DNA of 64,000 bases from Promethearchaeota archaeon (GCA_048939625.1 JBHLPH010000005.1:46972-110971), one strand, 5' to 3'; numbered from the stretch's first letter, positions 18,890-28,375 are shown. Numbers and translations are program-made. Notes: a model not told the origin generated them from the sequence alone.

Positions 18890-19275
18890 GGCTAAAACTA
18901 AAAACAGAATAACACATTCGCCGAATGGACTTTATAGTCAAGCTGTTGGGTGGAGGTGCCCGAGAAAGACCGGGCACGTCCCTGTGTGGTCATTCCCCTA
19001 TATCCCCGAAGGGGAGCAACGTAGACATAGGACGGTCATCGGTGCCAGATGCCTCAGGAAAAAACATCTGAGGTTCGGACAACGGGAGGTGGGATTTGGG
19101 AGGTACAGGATTCGGGAGGGTTCCCTGGGTGGGATAGATTTTTCGAGGCGCCAGGACAACCAATGCGCATCCTTGGTGCTTCCCGCAGTCTTCGTTACTA
19201 AATAGTACTTTCTGAGTTGTGCGTTTGCGTAGTTCCCACAATCGAAACTACGCATTTGCGCAGTATTTCAATCAG
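18890..19275. ncRNA. Candidate structured RNA (element E2); strand uncertain, minus slightly favoured
   Basis: At least five consecutive hairpins, three GGGAGG repeats at 19084, 19098 and 19114, GC-rich relative to flanks, no convincing long ORF. Confidence 0.55.
19226..19254. repeat. 9-bp perfect inverted repeat (operator or RNA hairpin)
   Basis: TGCGTAGTT-N11-AACTACGCA upstream of the Lrp fusion gene. Confidence 0.7.
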
Positions 19276-19448
19276 AAATGATGTGAAACTGAATAAAAAC
19301 TTGGAGATTTCACGCGATTGCGGGCTTCCGAGTCCTCTTAAAAGGTTTACACTTTATTAGATAGATGCACTGACGAAGTTGTGGTTTTCGAGAGAAGGAC
19401 AAAGCATATCAGCTTCCGAACCACGTGGGTAATTGATATCCAGAACCA

Positions 19449-20567
19449 GTGGGTGGGTCTGTGACGTTTAAACCATCGGTATTAGAAGACCGGGGAGCAT
19501 GGCTGCTAATCAAACGGTTACTAGACGGGAGTATCGAAGAGTTACAGCCTATCTTGGATTCAACGACGCCATACGGATTCCGATACCCCGAAGCTGAAAA
19601 AGCACTGGAGGTCGAAGCAAAAGAGACTGTCGATCGCTTAGAGGGATTACGGCGTGCAGGGATTCTGAAGGGAGAACTTGCGGAATCAATCTTCACCTGT
19701 GGGAACTGCGAATCACCAGATCTTCATCCACAATATCAGTGCATGACCTGTGAAGGAAGCCGCTTAATTCAGCATCCTGTAATTGAACACTTTTCTTGTG
19801 GATTCATTGGTCCGCCGAGTGAATTTGAAACGAAGAAGGGTATGCGCTGCCCTTCCTGTGGAAAATCGTTGGAAGGAGAACAACAGGATTACAAATCCGA
19901 GTTGGCCTTTCGTTGCATGGATTGCAGCACGGTGAGTGCAAAACCAAGGTTGGTCTTTCGTTGTTTTCAATGTCAGAAGGTGAGTGAACTCCTTTCTACA
20001 TCTGAACGAGTTGTATATCTTTATCGTTTAAATATGGAGCATCGAGGTGAAATCATTCATTACCTTGGCTTCCATCCAGCCCCAGAGGCCGAGAAGCCAT
20101 CACGCCGAAAACATCGCGTAGATTTGGATGGGCTAGATCGGAGAATTTTAAATATTTTGCAGCGCAATGCGCGTAAATCATTTCGTAACATCGCCAAGCA
20201 GTTGAAAGTTAGTGATGCGACGATTCGTAGCCGAGTAGCCCGGTTAGAGCAAAACAACATCATTAAGGGATTTACAACGTTAGTTGATCCGGAACAAGCG
20301 GGAATGGAAGTACTGGCTCTGATTCAACTCGAAGTTGAATCACAGGCATTAACCAAATTGAACACAGACTTGCGAGGAGTGGAAGGGGTGAAGCTTGTAA
20401 TGGAAACGGGAGATCGCCCAAACGTAATTCTTATTGTGGCGTTCCAGACGAGGGACGCATTGAATCTATTCTTAGATCAATACATTCGAGGGAAATTAGG
20501 AATTCAGTTGCTCTCGGTGACCTTAGCCTTAGGGCTACGTAAACTTGATTGGATGATTCAGTTATGA
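19449..20567 (+). CDS. Multi-zinc-ribbon (TackOD1-like) domain fused to an Lrp/AsnC regulator
   Basis: CGNC, CMTC, IEHFSCG, CPSC, CMDC, CFQC; C-terminal LDGLDRRILNILQRNARKSFRNIAKQLKVSDATIRSRV HTH plus RAM-like domain. Confidence 0.85.
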   Translation: MGGSVTFKPSVLEDRGAWLLIKRLLDGSIEELQPILDSTTPYGFRYPEAEKALEVEAKETVDRLEGLRRAGILKGELAESIFTCGNCESPDLHPQYQCMTCEGSRLIQHPVIEHFSCGFIGPPSEFETKKGMRCPSCGKSLEGEQQDYKSELAFRCMDCSTVSAKPRLVFRCFQCQKVSELLSTSERVVYLYRLNMEHRGEIIHYLGFHPAPEAEKPSRRKHRVDLDGLDRRILNILQRNARKSFRNIAKQLKVSDATIRSRVARLEQNNIIKGFTTLVDPEQAGMEVLALIQLEVESQALTKLNTDLRGVEGVKLVMETGDRPNVILIVAFQTRDALNLFLDQYIRGKLGIQLLSVTLALGLRKLDWMIQL

Positions 20568-20677
20568 AATTGGGGAGCCCTTATGATTCTTCAGGTTTTC
20601 AAGCGATGGGCGATAACCTTTTTGAACTGATATGAGACCTTATCTTATCAGCGGAATAACCATCCGAGGCGGCTTAC

Positions 20678-21463
20678 GTGTCAGACCTTTATAAATTACT
20701 GGAAGAAGGCGAAATTCAGAAGGCATTAGAGCTAGTCAATGAGGACGAGGATGCTTGGGAAGATCTCATGGGATTGTTGGAAAACTCAGATGAATCTATA
20801 CAGCGAACTGCATTCGAGATTGTCTCTAAATCAGGGGATAATCCCATGATGCTTGAAGCGTTACCTATGCTCATTAGTGGACTGGACAGTGATGAGGATG
20901 ATATTTGTCGGTACGCTGCGGAAGCATTGTATTATTTGGGCTCTGATGCCGCGGAGGCCGCTGAATCTCTAACAGCATTATTACGGCGCGATGATGATGA
21001 AGTGCGACGCGCAGTCGCTCGTGTTTTCACTCAGATGGGCACTTCAGCACTTTATGCCAAGGAGCAGTTAATTGAAGCATTATCAGATAGTGATGAAGCG
21101 GTGCGTGGTGAAGCTGCCATGGCCCTTGGAAATTTAGGTAGCGATGCCTCAGAGGCGGTTCCCGCCCTCATCAAATTATTATCTGATGAAGAAGAATTCA
21201 TGCATGAGGAGAAAGGAATGGAAGTGCGTTTGGCAGCCCAAGGGGCTTTAGAACAGATTGGCCCGGATGCGGTTCCTGGACTCCTTGAAGCTATGCGTGC
21301 AGATCGCCCAGAGCAACGCTTGATTGCAGTGACGGCGTTGGGTTCAATTGGTACATTGCCAGAAGCGGCTGTGAAAGATATTGAAGACGCCCGTTTGGAT
21401 CCTGATGAGGGAGTACAAAAAGCTGCGAAGAGTGCCCTCAAACGGATTAAGGCTGAGAAGTAA
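20678..21463 (+). CDS. HEAT-repeat (PBS lyase-like) protein
   Basis: Repeats L.D.D..VR..AA.ALG.LG; strongly acidic. Confidence 0.9.
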   Translation: MSDLYKLLEEGEIQKALELVNEDEDAWEDLMGLLENSDESIQRTAFEIVSKSGDNPMMLEALPMLISGLDSDEDDICRYAAEALYYLGSDAAEAAESLTALLRRDDDEVRRAVARVFTQMGTSALYAKEQLIEALSDSDEAVRGEAAMALGNLGSDASEAVPALIKLLSDEEEFMHEEKGMEVRLAAQGALEQIGPDAVPGLLEAMRADRPEQRLIAVTALGSIGTLPEAAVKDIEDARLDPDEGVQKAAKSALKRIKAEK

Positions 21464-21474
21464 GTTATTCAGAT

Positions 21475-21951
21475 TCATTCCTGATTTTCATTAGAAGCAT
21501 TTGTGGTGTCAGAGTATGTTCGTCGGTCAATAAAGAAGAAGATAGCCAGGAATAGAAGTACTGCAACCATTACAGGGATTTTAATGATAAATGAGACTGG
21601 TGAGACTAAGTACCAGGAGAGAGCAAATCCTGTGGGTAAAGCTGTCCAGAAACGAATTCCATTTCGGCTTTCTCGGAGGGCTAACCGTTGTGTGGTCCAA
21701 TCCACAATAGCTGGGAGTGATATTGTGAAGGCAATGATGGTTGTACCGATGTCCCCCAGACTGTAAAAAATGGGAAAAAAGAAGAGCATAATGAAGGACA
21801 CCGGGAGACCTAAGAAAATACCGAGATAGAGCCCAGAACATCGGGCACAGACATAGTAGGTTTGTCCATCTAGGTGAATTTTGAATGCGTGTATTTGTTT
21901 ATGGTAAAAAAAGCTGAGGATGCCACCTAAAATCCGTTTTCCAAGGCCCAT
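21475..21951 (-). CDS. DUF2085-family membrane protein
   Basis: CARCSGLYLG, P..VDWTTQ, ES.N.IRF.T motifs; start at MGLGKR, just after the nadE stop. Confidence 0.8.
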   Translation of the reverse strand: MGLGKRILGGILSFFYHKQIHAFKIHLDGQTYYVCARCSGLYLGIFLGLPVSFIMLFFFPIFYSLGDIGTTIIAFTISLPAIVDWTTQRLALRESRNGIRFWTALPTGFALSWYLVSPVSFIIKIPVMVAVLLFLAIFFFIDRRTYSDTTNASNENQE

Positions 21952-21958
21952 ATGCTTT

Positions 21959-22732
21959 TCACTCAGTTTTGTTCGATTTTGTAGATAGTATACAAACAGG
22001 TGGGAGTGCACGTTTATGTGCGTTATTAGCAATTCGCTGCTGAAAGTGTTCGATTTGTGCCTTAGTTAGGCCTTGGGGAATTTTCCCGGAAACCAAGTCA
22101 TCTAATTGGGTGTAACTCGCTCCCAGTTCTCCCTCGTCTGTTTGACCTGGCCATAGTCCTGGGCTTGGTGTCTTAGTACAGATATGTTCTGGAATACCCA
22201 GGTGGGCACCGAGACCTTGAACTTCGTGTTTGAGTAAATCGCCTAAGGGTAGCAAATCTGTGCCTCCATCGCCATACTTCGTAAAGAAACCGAGTATTAG
22301 TTCTGTACGATTACCTGTTCCGACGACCAAGCGGTTTCGGTGGTTTGCTACATAATAGAGCGTGATCATGCGCAAACGGGCTTTAATATTCGCTAACGGA
22401 ATGGTGACGGGGGTTTCAGGAGTCAAACCTAAAGCTATGAGTAAGGAGTCATAAATAGGTGTCAAGTCATATGTGCGATGTTCGATGGCGAACTGCTCAG
22501 CGAGTGCTTGAGCATCTTGAGCCGCATCTTCAGGTGTATGGCTACATGGAAGGATGAGCCCCAATGTTGCATCCGTTACCTTACGGCATAAAACAGCTGC
22601 GACACTTGAGTCAATTCCACCTGAGATGGCTATAACAAATCCTGTACAGCCGCTTTTTTCTAGATACTCCTTTAACCAATGTGTGATTGTTGTCTCTATC
22701 TTCTGATAATCAGTTGCTACCATCTGGTTCAT
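21959..22732 (-). CDS. nadE: NH3-dependent NAD+ synthetase
   Basis: SGGIDSS, NIKARLRM, GTGNRTE, FTKYGDG, GQTDEGELG. Confidence 0.95.
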   Translation of the reverse strand: MNQMVATDYQKIETTITHWLKEYLEKSGCTGFVIAISGGIDSSVAAVLCRKVTDATLGLILPCSHTPEDAAQDAQALAEQFAIEHRTYDLTPIYDSLLIALGLTPETPVTIPLANIKARLRMITLYYVANHRNRLVVGTGNRTELILGFFTKYGDGGTDLLPLGDLLKHEVQGLGAHLGIPEHICTKTPSPGLWPGQTDEGELGASYTQLDDLVSGKIPQGLTKAQIEHFQQRIANNAHKRALPPVCILSTKSNKTE

Positions 22733-23628
22733 CCTTTCCTTTTACTTGGTTTCTTACCGGGTAGAATATCCATACTCAAATTCAGTGCAGGAACTGAGTG
22801 AGTAATCCAACCAACAGATATGACATCAACGCCAGTTTGTGCGTACTCCTGGATATTGTCTGCAGTAATGTTTCCTGAAACCTCTAAGAGGATTTGGGGA
22901 TGGGATTGTCGAAGATCCTTCACGGTACGTTTAATCTCTTGAGGCGCCATGTTATCTAATAAAATGATATTGGGATTTGATTTGGCTACGGCTAATGCCT
23001 CAGAGTGATTTGTAACTTCAATTTCAATTGGCGAGGTGAAACCTGTATTCTGACGAGCCTGTTCGACTGCTTTATTTGGGCTGAAGAAGAACGCAAGGTG
23101 ATTATCTTTGATCAAAATAGCATCATCGAGGCGCCATCGATGTGGATCGCCTCCGCCGATGATGACCGCGAGTTTATCAAATATTCGGAGGAGAGGGGCG
23201 GTTTTGCGTGTGGCAGCAACTCGTATCCTTGGATTAGCTTTACGTGCAAGTTTTACCAGATGGTTGGTCGCAGTGGAAATTCCGCTCATTCGTTGAAGTA
23301 GGTTCAACAGAGTTCTTTCAATCGTTAAGAGGGTTGTGGCAGCTCCCTGAGCGGTAAATAGAGTTGCATTAGCTGAAACTTTATCACCATCATTCTGTTT
23401 GATAGTGACTGCGCAGCCAAAGTCTTGAAGAATGATATTTGCAATATCGATGCCGGCGAGTACACCTGGTTGGCGAGTGAATACTCGGGCGTGGGCTTTT
23501 TGCGAGGCAGAGATAAGGGCAGAGGTGGTGATATCTCCAAACCCGATATCTTCATCGAGCATTTCATAAAATTTATGTAAAATGAGCTGATGAGGAATTG
23601 TTGGAAGAGACGAGGTGGTTGGAGGCAT
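22729..23628 (-). CDS. nadC: Quinolinate phosphoribosyltransferase
   Basis: EDIGFGDITT, ATRKT, HRWRLDD, IKDNH, LLDNM. Confidence 0.95.
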   Translation of the reverse strand: MPPTTSSLPTIPHQLILHKFYEMLDEDIGFGDITTSALISASQKAHARVFTRQPGVLAGIDIANIILQDFGCAVTIKQNDGDKVSANATLFTAQGAATTLLTIERTLLNLLQRMSGISTATNHLVKLARKANPRIRVAATRKTAPLLRIFDKLAVIIGGGDPHRWRLDDAILIKDNHLAFFFSPNKAVEQARQNTGFTSPIEIEVTNHSEALAVAKSNPNIILLDNMAPQEIKRTVKDLRQSHPQILLEVSGNITADNIQEYAQTGVDVISVGWITHSVPALNLSMDILPGKKPSKRKG

Positions 23629-23666
23629 TAGTGGTCACTCTTTGTATGCTAGTGAGATGACCGCTT

Positions 23667-24626
23667 CTAAAAGCCTTCTCGTCGATGAGGTTCTTGCCTT
23701 TGGGCTGCAGTGAGTTCAAGCATCCGGTTTATTGCGTTATGGGCTTTGTTTGCTATGGAGTTCGGAACGGTGATTTGAAATTGGTTGTTAAGAAGGCTAG
23801 CTTTGACCTTTTCGAGGGTGAGCTTTTTCATTGCTTTACAAATTGCATAGTCGAGAGCGGGGATGAACGTTTTTTCAGGCATTTCTCGACGCAAACGAGA
23901 AACCAAATCAACTTCCGTGCAGATTATGAAATTGGTAGCAGAACTAGCTCGGGCATATTGTAACATTTGTCCAGTCGATCCGATGAAGTCCGCTTGTTCT
24001 TGGATATTCCGTCCACACTCTGGATGGACCAGGATTTTAGCTTGTGGATAATCTTGCTTTAAGGCGAGGGTGCGTGGATCGAAGCTAAATGTCTCATGGA
24101 CATGGCAAAATCCATGATCTGGAATCGGGATTACATCATAGCCACATTCATGCCGGGCATACTCGGCCATATTCCCATCAGGACCAAATAGAACGGGAGT
24201 TGTGTCCAGGGCTTTGAGAATAGTACATAGGTTGGATGAGGTGCAAATCACATCGGATTCTGCTTTCGCTTCAGCGGTGGTATTAATATAAAGGACCACT
24301 GGGACACCAGGGTGTCGTTCTTTTGCCTCTCGAATTAATCTGGCAGGTAACTGAGCTGCCATCGGGCATCGCGCAGCAGGATCCGGAATCAGGACCCGCT
24401 TATTGGGATTTAGGATAGCAGCGGTTTCCGCCATGAACCGGACCCCGCAAAATAGAATAGTGTCCGCATTGATGTGTTGGGCGCGCTGGCAAAGACCAAA
24501 GCTGTCCCCGATGTAGTCAGCAATGTCTTGGATTTCTGGTGGCTGATAATTATGGGCTAAAATGACAGTGTGTTGATTTTTCGCCAACCGCTGGATTTCG
24601 CGCTGAAGCGGAGTTAATGAAGGCAT
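23667..24626 (-). CDS. nadA: Quinolinate synthase
   Basis: LAHNYQ, FCGVRFMAETA, CPMA, CHVH, HPEC, CKAM. Confidence 0.95.
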   Translation of the reverse strand: MPSLTPLQREIQRLAKNQHTVILAHNYQPPEIQDIADYIGDSFGLCQRAQHINADTILFCGVRFMAETAAILNPNKRVLIPDPAARCPMAAQLPARLIREAKERHPGVPVVLYINTTAEAKAESDVICTSSNLCTILKALDTTPVLFGPDGNMAEYARHECGYDVIPIPDHGFCHVHETFSFDPRTLALKQDYPQAKILVHPECGRNIQEQADFIGSTGQMLQYARASSATNFIICTEVDLVSRLRREMPEKTFIPALDYAICKAMKKLTLEKVKASLLNNQFQITVPNSIANKAHNAINRMLELTAAQRQEPHRREGF

Positions 24627-24780
24627 AGAGTGGTCGCCCCGTTTTCAGGATTCGGGATCGGAGACACTAGGTTTCCCGCTGCACGCTCTCCTATAAGCCT
24701 TTGTCTCCAGCTGTTGACGGAAGCTTTTTGTAGCAACACTTGAGAGAGGGTACATAATTCACATACGGAGGTAATTCTTT

Positions 24781-25353
24781 ATGTCAAAAAAGCCATCGAC
24801 AGAATCCAAACGTGGCCTTAATCTTGACCGCCTTTTTGCGGGTGCCACTACGGGTACATTCATCATCCAGCTGTTAACACTACTTGTATTGATTGCAGCT
24901 GCAGTAGGCTACTTCTTAGTCCTCACTGGAATCTGGGACCTGTTAAAGGACAATCAAGATATTGTTGTCTTTCTCATTCTAATCGGTGGCGCAATCGCTT
25001 TTGCTGTGTTCATGTTATTTTATGGCTTCTTTCTCCGATTTCATGGACGCATGAAACGCTTCGTTCTCGGGAAAGGCATCGGAGAAGTCACTACCGGGAG
25101 TCGTGATTGGCAGGTCGTGCTGACACTATTTGCCTTTTCTGTTGTGTTCTTCGCTCTAGCAGGAATTTACGCTATCTACCTTATCTGGAAGTATTTTCTT
25201 CCAATCCTTTACCTGGTGACAGGTTCGATTTACCCAAACATCATCCTTCTCTGTCTTGCAGTGCTGGTTATTACCGGTTTAATTCAGCTCGCATCGCGGA
25301 TGGTAAGCAGATATGCCCAGAATATCATTGAGCGAATAGCAGACGAAGAATAA
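24781..25353 (+). CDS. Hypothetical 4-TM membrane protein
   Basis: GGAGGT RBS; four hydrophobic helices in two similar halves. Confidence 0.75.
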   Translation: MSKKPSTESKRGLNLDRLFAGATTGTFIIQLLTLLVLIAAAVGYFLVLTGIWDLLKDNQDIVVFLILIGGAIAFAVFMLFYGFFLRFHGRMKRFVLGKGIGEVTTGSRDWQVVLTLFAFSVVFFALAGIYAIYLIWKYFLPILYLVTGSIYPNIILLCLAVLVITGLIQLASRMVSRYAQNIIERIADEE

Positions 25354-25431
25354 GCTCAGCGAGGGAGTCAAAGCAGTTTTAAGGTGTCTTGGAATAGTGA
25401 GTACAGACATTGTGGAAGAAGATGAAGTATC

Positions 25432-26004
25432 ATGGTATTGCGGATATTCTTCAAAGCTTGGCGCATTAGTATCAGAACCACACGCCGATTTATTGTATTC
25501 CTTGTGGCCTATGCAATTCTATTGACTTGGATAGCCTTTATCATCCGTCAATATTACTTATCCCTTGATCCCACGCTGCCGGTTATCATCGGATATACCT
25601 TAGTTGCAGGTGCTATTATGGGGATAATTTTCTCATGGTTACTGGCTCATGCACGCAAAGATGATATCGCCACATTGAAATGTGTGGGATGGTCGAACCA
25701 CGATATTCGTGAACTCGTATTAGGAGAAGTAGTTTTCATTACCGTGGCAGCCATGATTGCTATTGCAATCCTCGGAGTACTAGCCACCGGGATTTATGGG
25801 TCCTTTGCCATCATGTTTAGCCTTGATCCACTTGGAAATACTGTCATTTTTATCCCGGATACATTGCGCTATATTCTGATTAACCCATTCTTCATGTTAA
25901 CTTCATTTGCCGCAGTGATGTTTGTTCAGCTTCCAGGAATCCTAATTCTATTATGGAGGTCTCTTCGAATTAGCCCCATGCAGGCGCTAACTCGACCCGA
26001 ATAA
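25432..26004 (+). CDS. Minimal FtsX/MacB-like ABC permease
   Basis: RKDDIATLKCVGWS...IRELVLGE coupling motif; ISPMQAL terminus. Confidence 0.85.
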   Translation: MVLRIFFKAWRISIRTTRRFIVFLVAYAILLTWIAFIIRQYYLSLDPTLPVIIGYTLVAGAIMGIIFSWLLAHARKDDIATLKCVGWSNHDIRELVLGEVVFITVAAMIAIAILGVLATGIYGSFAIMFSLDPLGNTVIFIPDTLRYILINPFFMLTSFAAVMFVQLPGILILLWRSLRISPMQALTRPE

Positions 26005-26020
26005 CGGAGGATGAAATCAA

Positions 26021-26707
26021 ATGCCTGAAGAGATTATTGTAGCTCAAAAAGTTGAGAAGGAATATCGACGTGGCCGGGAAATCATCCACGCTTTACGTGA
26101 TGTTAACCTCACTATCCGGTCAGGTGAATTCATTGTTATCGAGGGGAAAAGCGGATGTGGAAAAACCACCCTTTTGAACGTCTTATCAGGTTTAGACCGA
26201 CCAACCGATGGCCGCATCATCTTTGACCAAATGGATCTCACCGTCGTGGATGAGAGGATTCTCCCAAAGATTCGCCAAGAAAAAATTGGATTCATCTTCC
26301 AGCTCTTCAACCTCATCTCCACGATGACTGTCTACGAAAATGTGGCAGCACCTCTCTGGCCTACTAGTCTGAAAGGACAAGAAATTGAGGATAGAGCCAT
26401 GGATGTGATCCGTGCTGTCGATATGGTTGAACGCAAAGATCACATTCCTCGCCAACTCTCTGGTGGCGAACAACAACGCACAGCCATCGCTCGAGCCTTA
26501 GTCAACAAGCCCAAAGTGGTCTTTGCCGACGAACCTACTGGTGATCTTGACACAAAAACCGGTGCTTCGATTATGCAACTGCTTCGTAAACTCAACAACC
26601 AAGAAAAAATCACATTCGTTGTTGTAACCCATGACCAAGAACTCGTCAAATATGCGGATCGCCATTTCACGATGTCGGACGGGCGTATCAGCGGAAGTCG
26701 TGGCTAG
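26021..26707 (+). CDS. LolD/MacB-like ABC ATP-binding protein
   Basis: GKSGCGKT, GFIFQLFNL, LSGGEQQR, ADEPTGDLD, VTHD. Confidence 0.93.
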   Translation: MPEEIIVAQKVEKEYRRGREIIHALRDVNLTIRSGEFIVIEGKSGCGKTTLLNVLSGLDRPTDGRIIFDQMDLTVVDERILPKIRQEKIGFIFQLFNLISTMTVYENVAAPLWPTSLKGQEIEDRAMDVIRAVDMVERKDHIPRQLSGGEQQRTAIARALVNKPKVVFADEPTGDLDTKTGASIMQLLRKLNNQEKITFVVVTHDQELVKYADRHFTMSDGRISGSRG

Positions 26708-27817
26708 TTAGTTCTCTGCCTCATCGAGTTCCTTTCGTCGTTGAGCAATCAGTGAATAAAGTTCTTCAAAGGTATCAGGAGGTTCACGGTGCTCGTCCTT
26801 TTTCATAAGCTGTATTGCATCAGAGGGACAATTAGCTACACACACACCACATCCAATGCAGCGATCTAAGTTGATATTCACTAGACCATCTACGAGTGTT
26901 GCAGCATCCATTTGACACCGCTCAACACAAGTTCCACAGCCGGTGCATAACTCGGAATCTGCTTTAGCATAGTAATTTGTTGTGAAATAGTCAACAGGAC
27001 GAGGAGCAGCCTTGATACTTTCCAATCCGAGACAACAACATCCACAACAACTACAGACGAATTCAATCTCTTTGCTATTACTGGGTTGAAGAACTAATCC
27101 CTCATCTTCATTTTCTTTCAAGATGGCTAGTAATTCTTCTTTAGAAACCTCGCGTCCCCAACCAAATTCTAAATACGCATCCGTGAACTTACCCACTCCA
27201 ATGCAAAGTTCTCGACGATCTGTTGCCTCACAGGGCTCCCCGGCAATGTCTTTCAGTTGCCGACATACACAATTAGTAACGATAAAGGGGCCGTTTGATT
27301 GCTCGATGAGTTGGCGGATATTATCATATTGCGCAATACTATCTTCGCGCTGAATACTTTGACCTATTGGAATTGTTCGCATCTGAGAAATCCCAGTACT
27401 TAGAATCTTTTGTAAAGTTGGTGAGTTGTAATATTTCTCCATGTCAGCTAGAAGCTCGGGTGTGAGTTTGTCCACCTGGTATTCAAAAATCCCAAGAATC
27501 CAAGGTACATTTCCGAAGTATTTTGTATCACCATCTCTGTGATAGCTGATGATGCCCTTTTTCGCCATTTGTTCCAAGATTTGTGCTAATTCCTGTTTTG
27601 TGATCTCTATATCCGCTAGGCGAACATAAATGTCATCAACTGTTTCCGAGGGATAGGGAGAGAAGCGAAGATTTGTAGCAATCTGTGCTTCTTTAGGAGT
27701 AAATAAGCGTTTTAATAAACGAATCTCGGTTCTGCCTTCTCGTTTAGGAAATCGGATTGGAAATGTGTCCATATGTTCCTGTAAGGCACGATACACATCA
27801 TCTTTTTCATCAACCAT
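26708..27817 (-). CDS. 4Fe-4S dicluster-binding protein with Cys-rich N-terminal domain
   Basis: CVCR, CSCCGCCC, CTGCGTCVERC, CIGCGVCVANCP. Confidence 0.88.
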   Translation of the reverse strand: MVDEKDDVYRALQEHMDTFPIRFPKREGRTEIRLLKRLFTPKEAQIATNLRFSPYPSETVDDIYVRLADIEITKQELAQILEQMAKKGIISYHRDGDTKYFGNVPWILGIFEYQVDKLTPELLADMEKYYNSPTLQKILSTGISQMRTIPIGQSIQREDSIAQYDNIRQLIEQSNGPFIVTNCVCRQLKDIAGEPCEATDRRELCIGVGKFTDAYLEFGWGREVSKEELLAILKENEDEGLVLQPSNSKEIEFVCSCCGCCCLGLESIKAAPRPVDYFTTNYYAKADSELCTGCGTCVERCQMDAATLVDGLVNINLDRCIGCGVCVANCPSDAIQLMKKDEHREPPDTFEELYSLIAQRRKELDEAEN

Positions 27818-27968
27818 ACGAAAACCTCACAACATTAGACAGCTACCTACTTAGTTGAGCTTAATCTATGTTTTCCTTTTCAACCCAGTGACCAACATCA
27901 ACTCCTTTGTCTTAAACCCAAAAAAAGGAAGGTCGGAGGGACGGAGCCCCATCCCTCACCCAGACAAG

Positions 27969-28181
27969 CTATCCTTTCACGTCTTCAAGCATGAAAGCGA
28001 TTTTGACGGTTGCACGGTATTCGACGATTTTTCCGTTCTTTATCACAGCGGTCATTCCAGTGACATCAGCACCAGTCAAACCACGGAGCGTTTTAGCAGC
28101 AGTATTCACAGCTTGATTAGCAGCGTCTTCCCAGCTTTTCGTCGAGTTACCAACTAGTTCAATGACTTTGATAACACCCAT
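27969..28181 (-). CDS. Dodecin-family flavin-binding protein
   Basis: MGVIKVIELVGNSTKSWEDAA...KTLRGL...IVEYRATVKIAF; followed by a GAGGGATGG/CCGTCCCTC hairpin and T7. Confidence 0.9.
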   Translation of the reverse strand: MGVIKVIELVGNSTKSWEDAANQAVNTAAKTLRGLTGADVTGMTAVIKNGKIVEYRATVKIAFMLEDVKG

Positions 28182-28375
28182 TGACAAAACCTCGCACCCT
28201 ATTTGCAGTGAAGTTAGCTTAAGGCTTTCTATCTTTTCCCGGAAAACCTGCGACCTTATCATAAATCCAAATAAAGAACCTGAGAGTGAAAGGAGCACAA
28301 AAACGCGATTAATGCAGAGAGGGCAGAGCCATACAACCAAAGTCTTTTTAACCAAATCGTCCAAACGGCAACTCC

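Noticed and set aside
18995-19022. CCCCGAAGGGGAGCAAC resembles SRP RNA helix 8
   Set aside because: It lacks the CAGG 5' strand of the symmetric loop and a GNRA tetraloop, and no Alu domain or long helix 5 is evident
19084-19135. Short repeats as a mini-CRISPR array
   Set aside because: Units are 14-16 nt with no unique spacers, and there are no cas genes
19176-19192. Minus-strand ACTGCGGGAAG resembles part of a cobalamin riboswitch
   Set aside because: Other core elements and a downstream B12-related gene are absent
18984-19255. Three overlapping 73-85 aa ORFs across E2
   Set aside because: No RBS or recognisable motif; explained by GC-rich, stop-poor structured sequence
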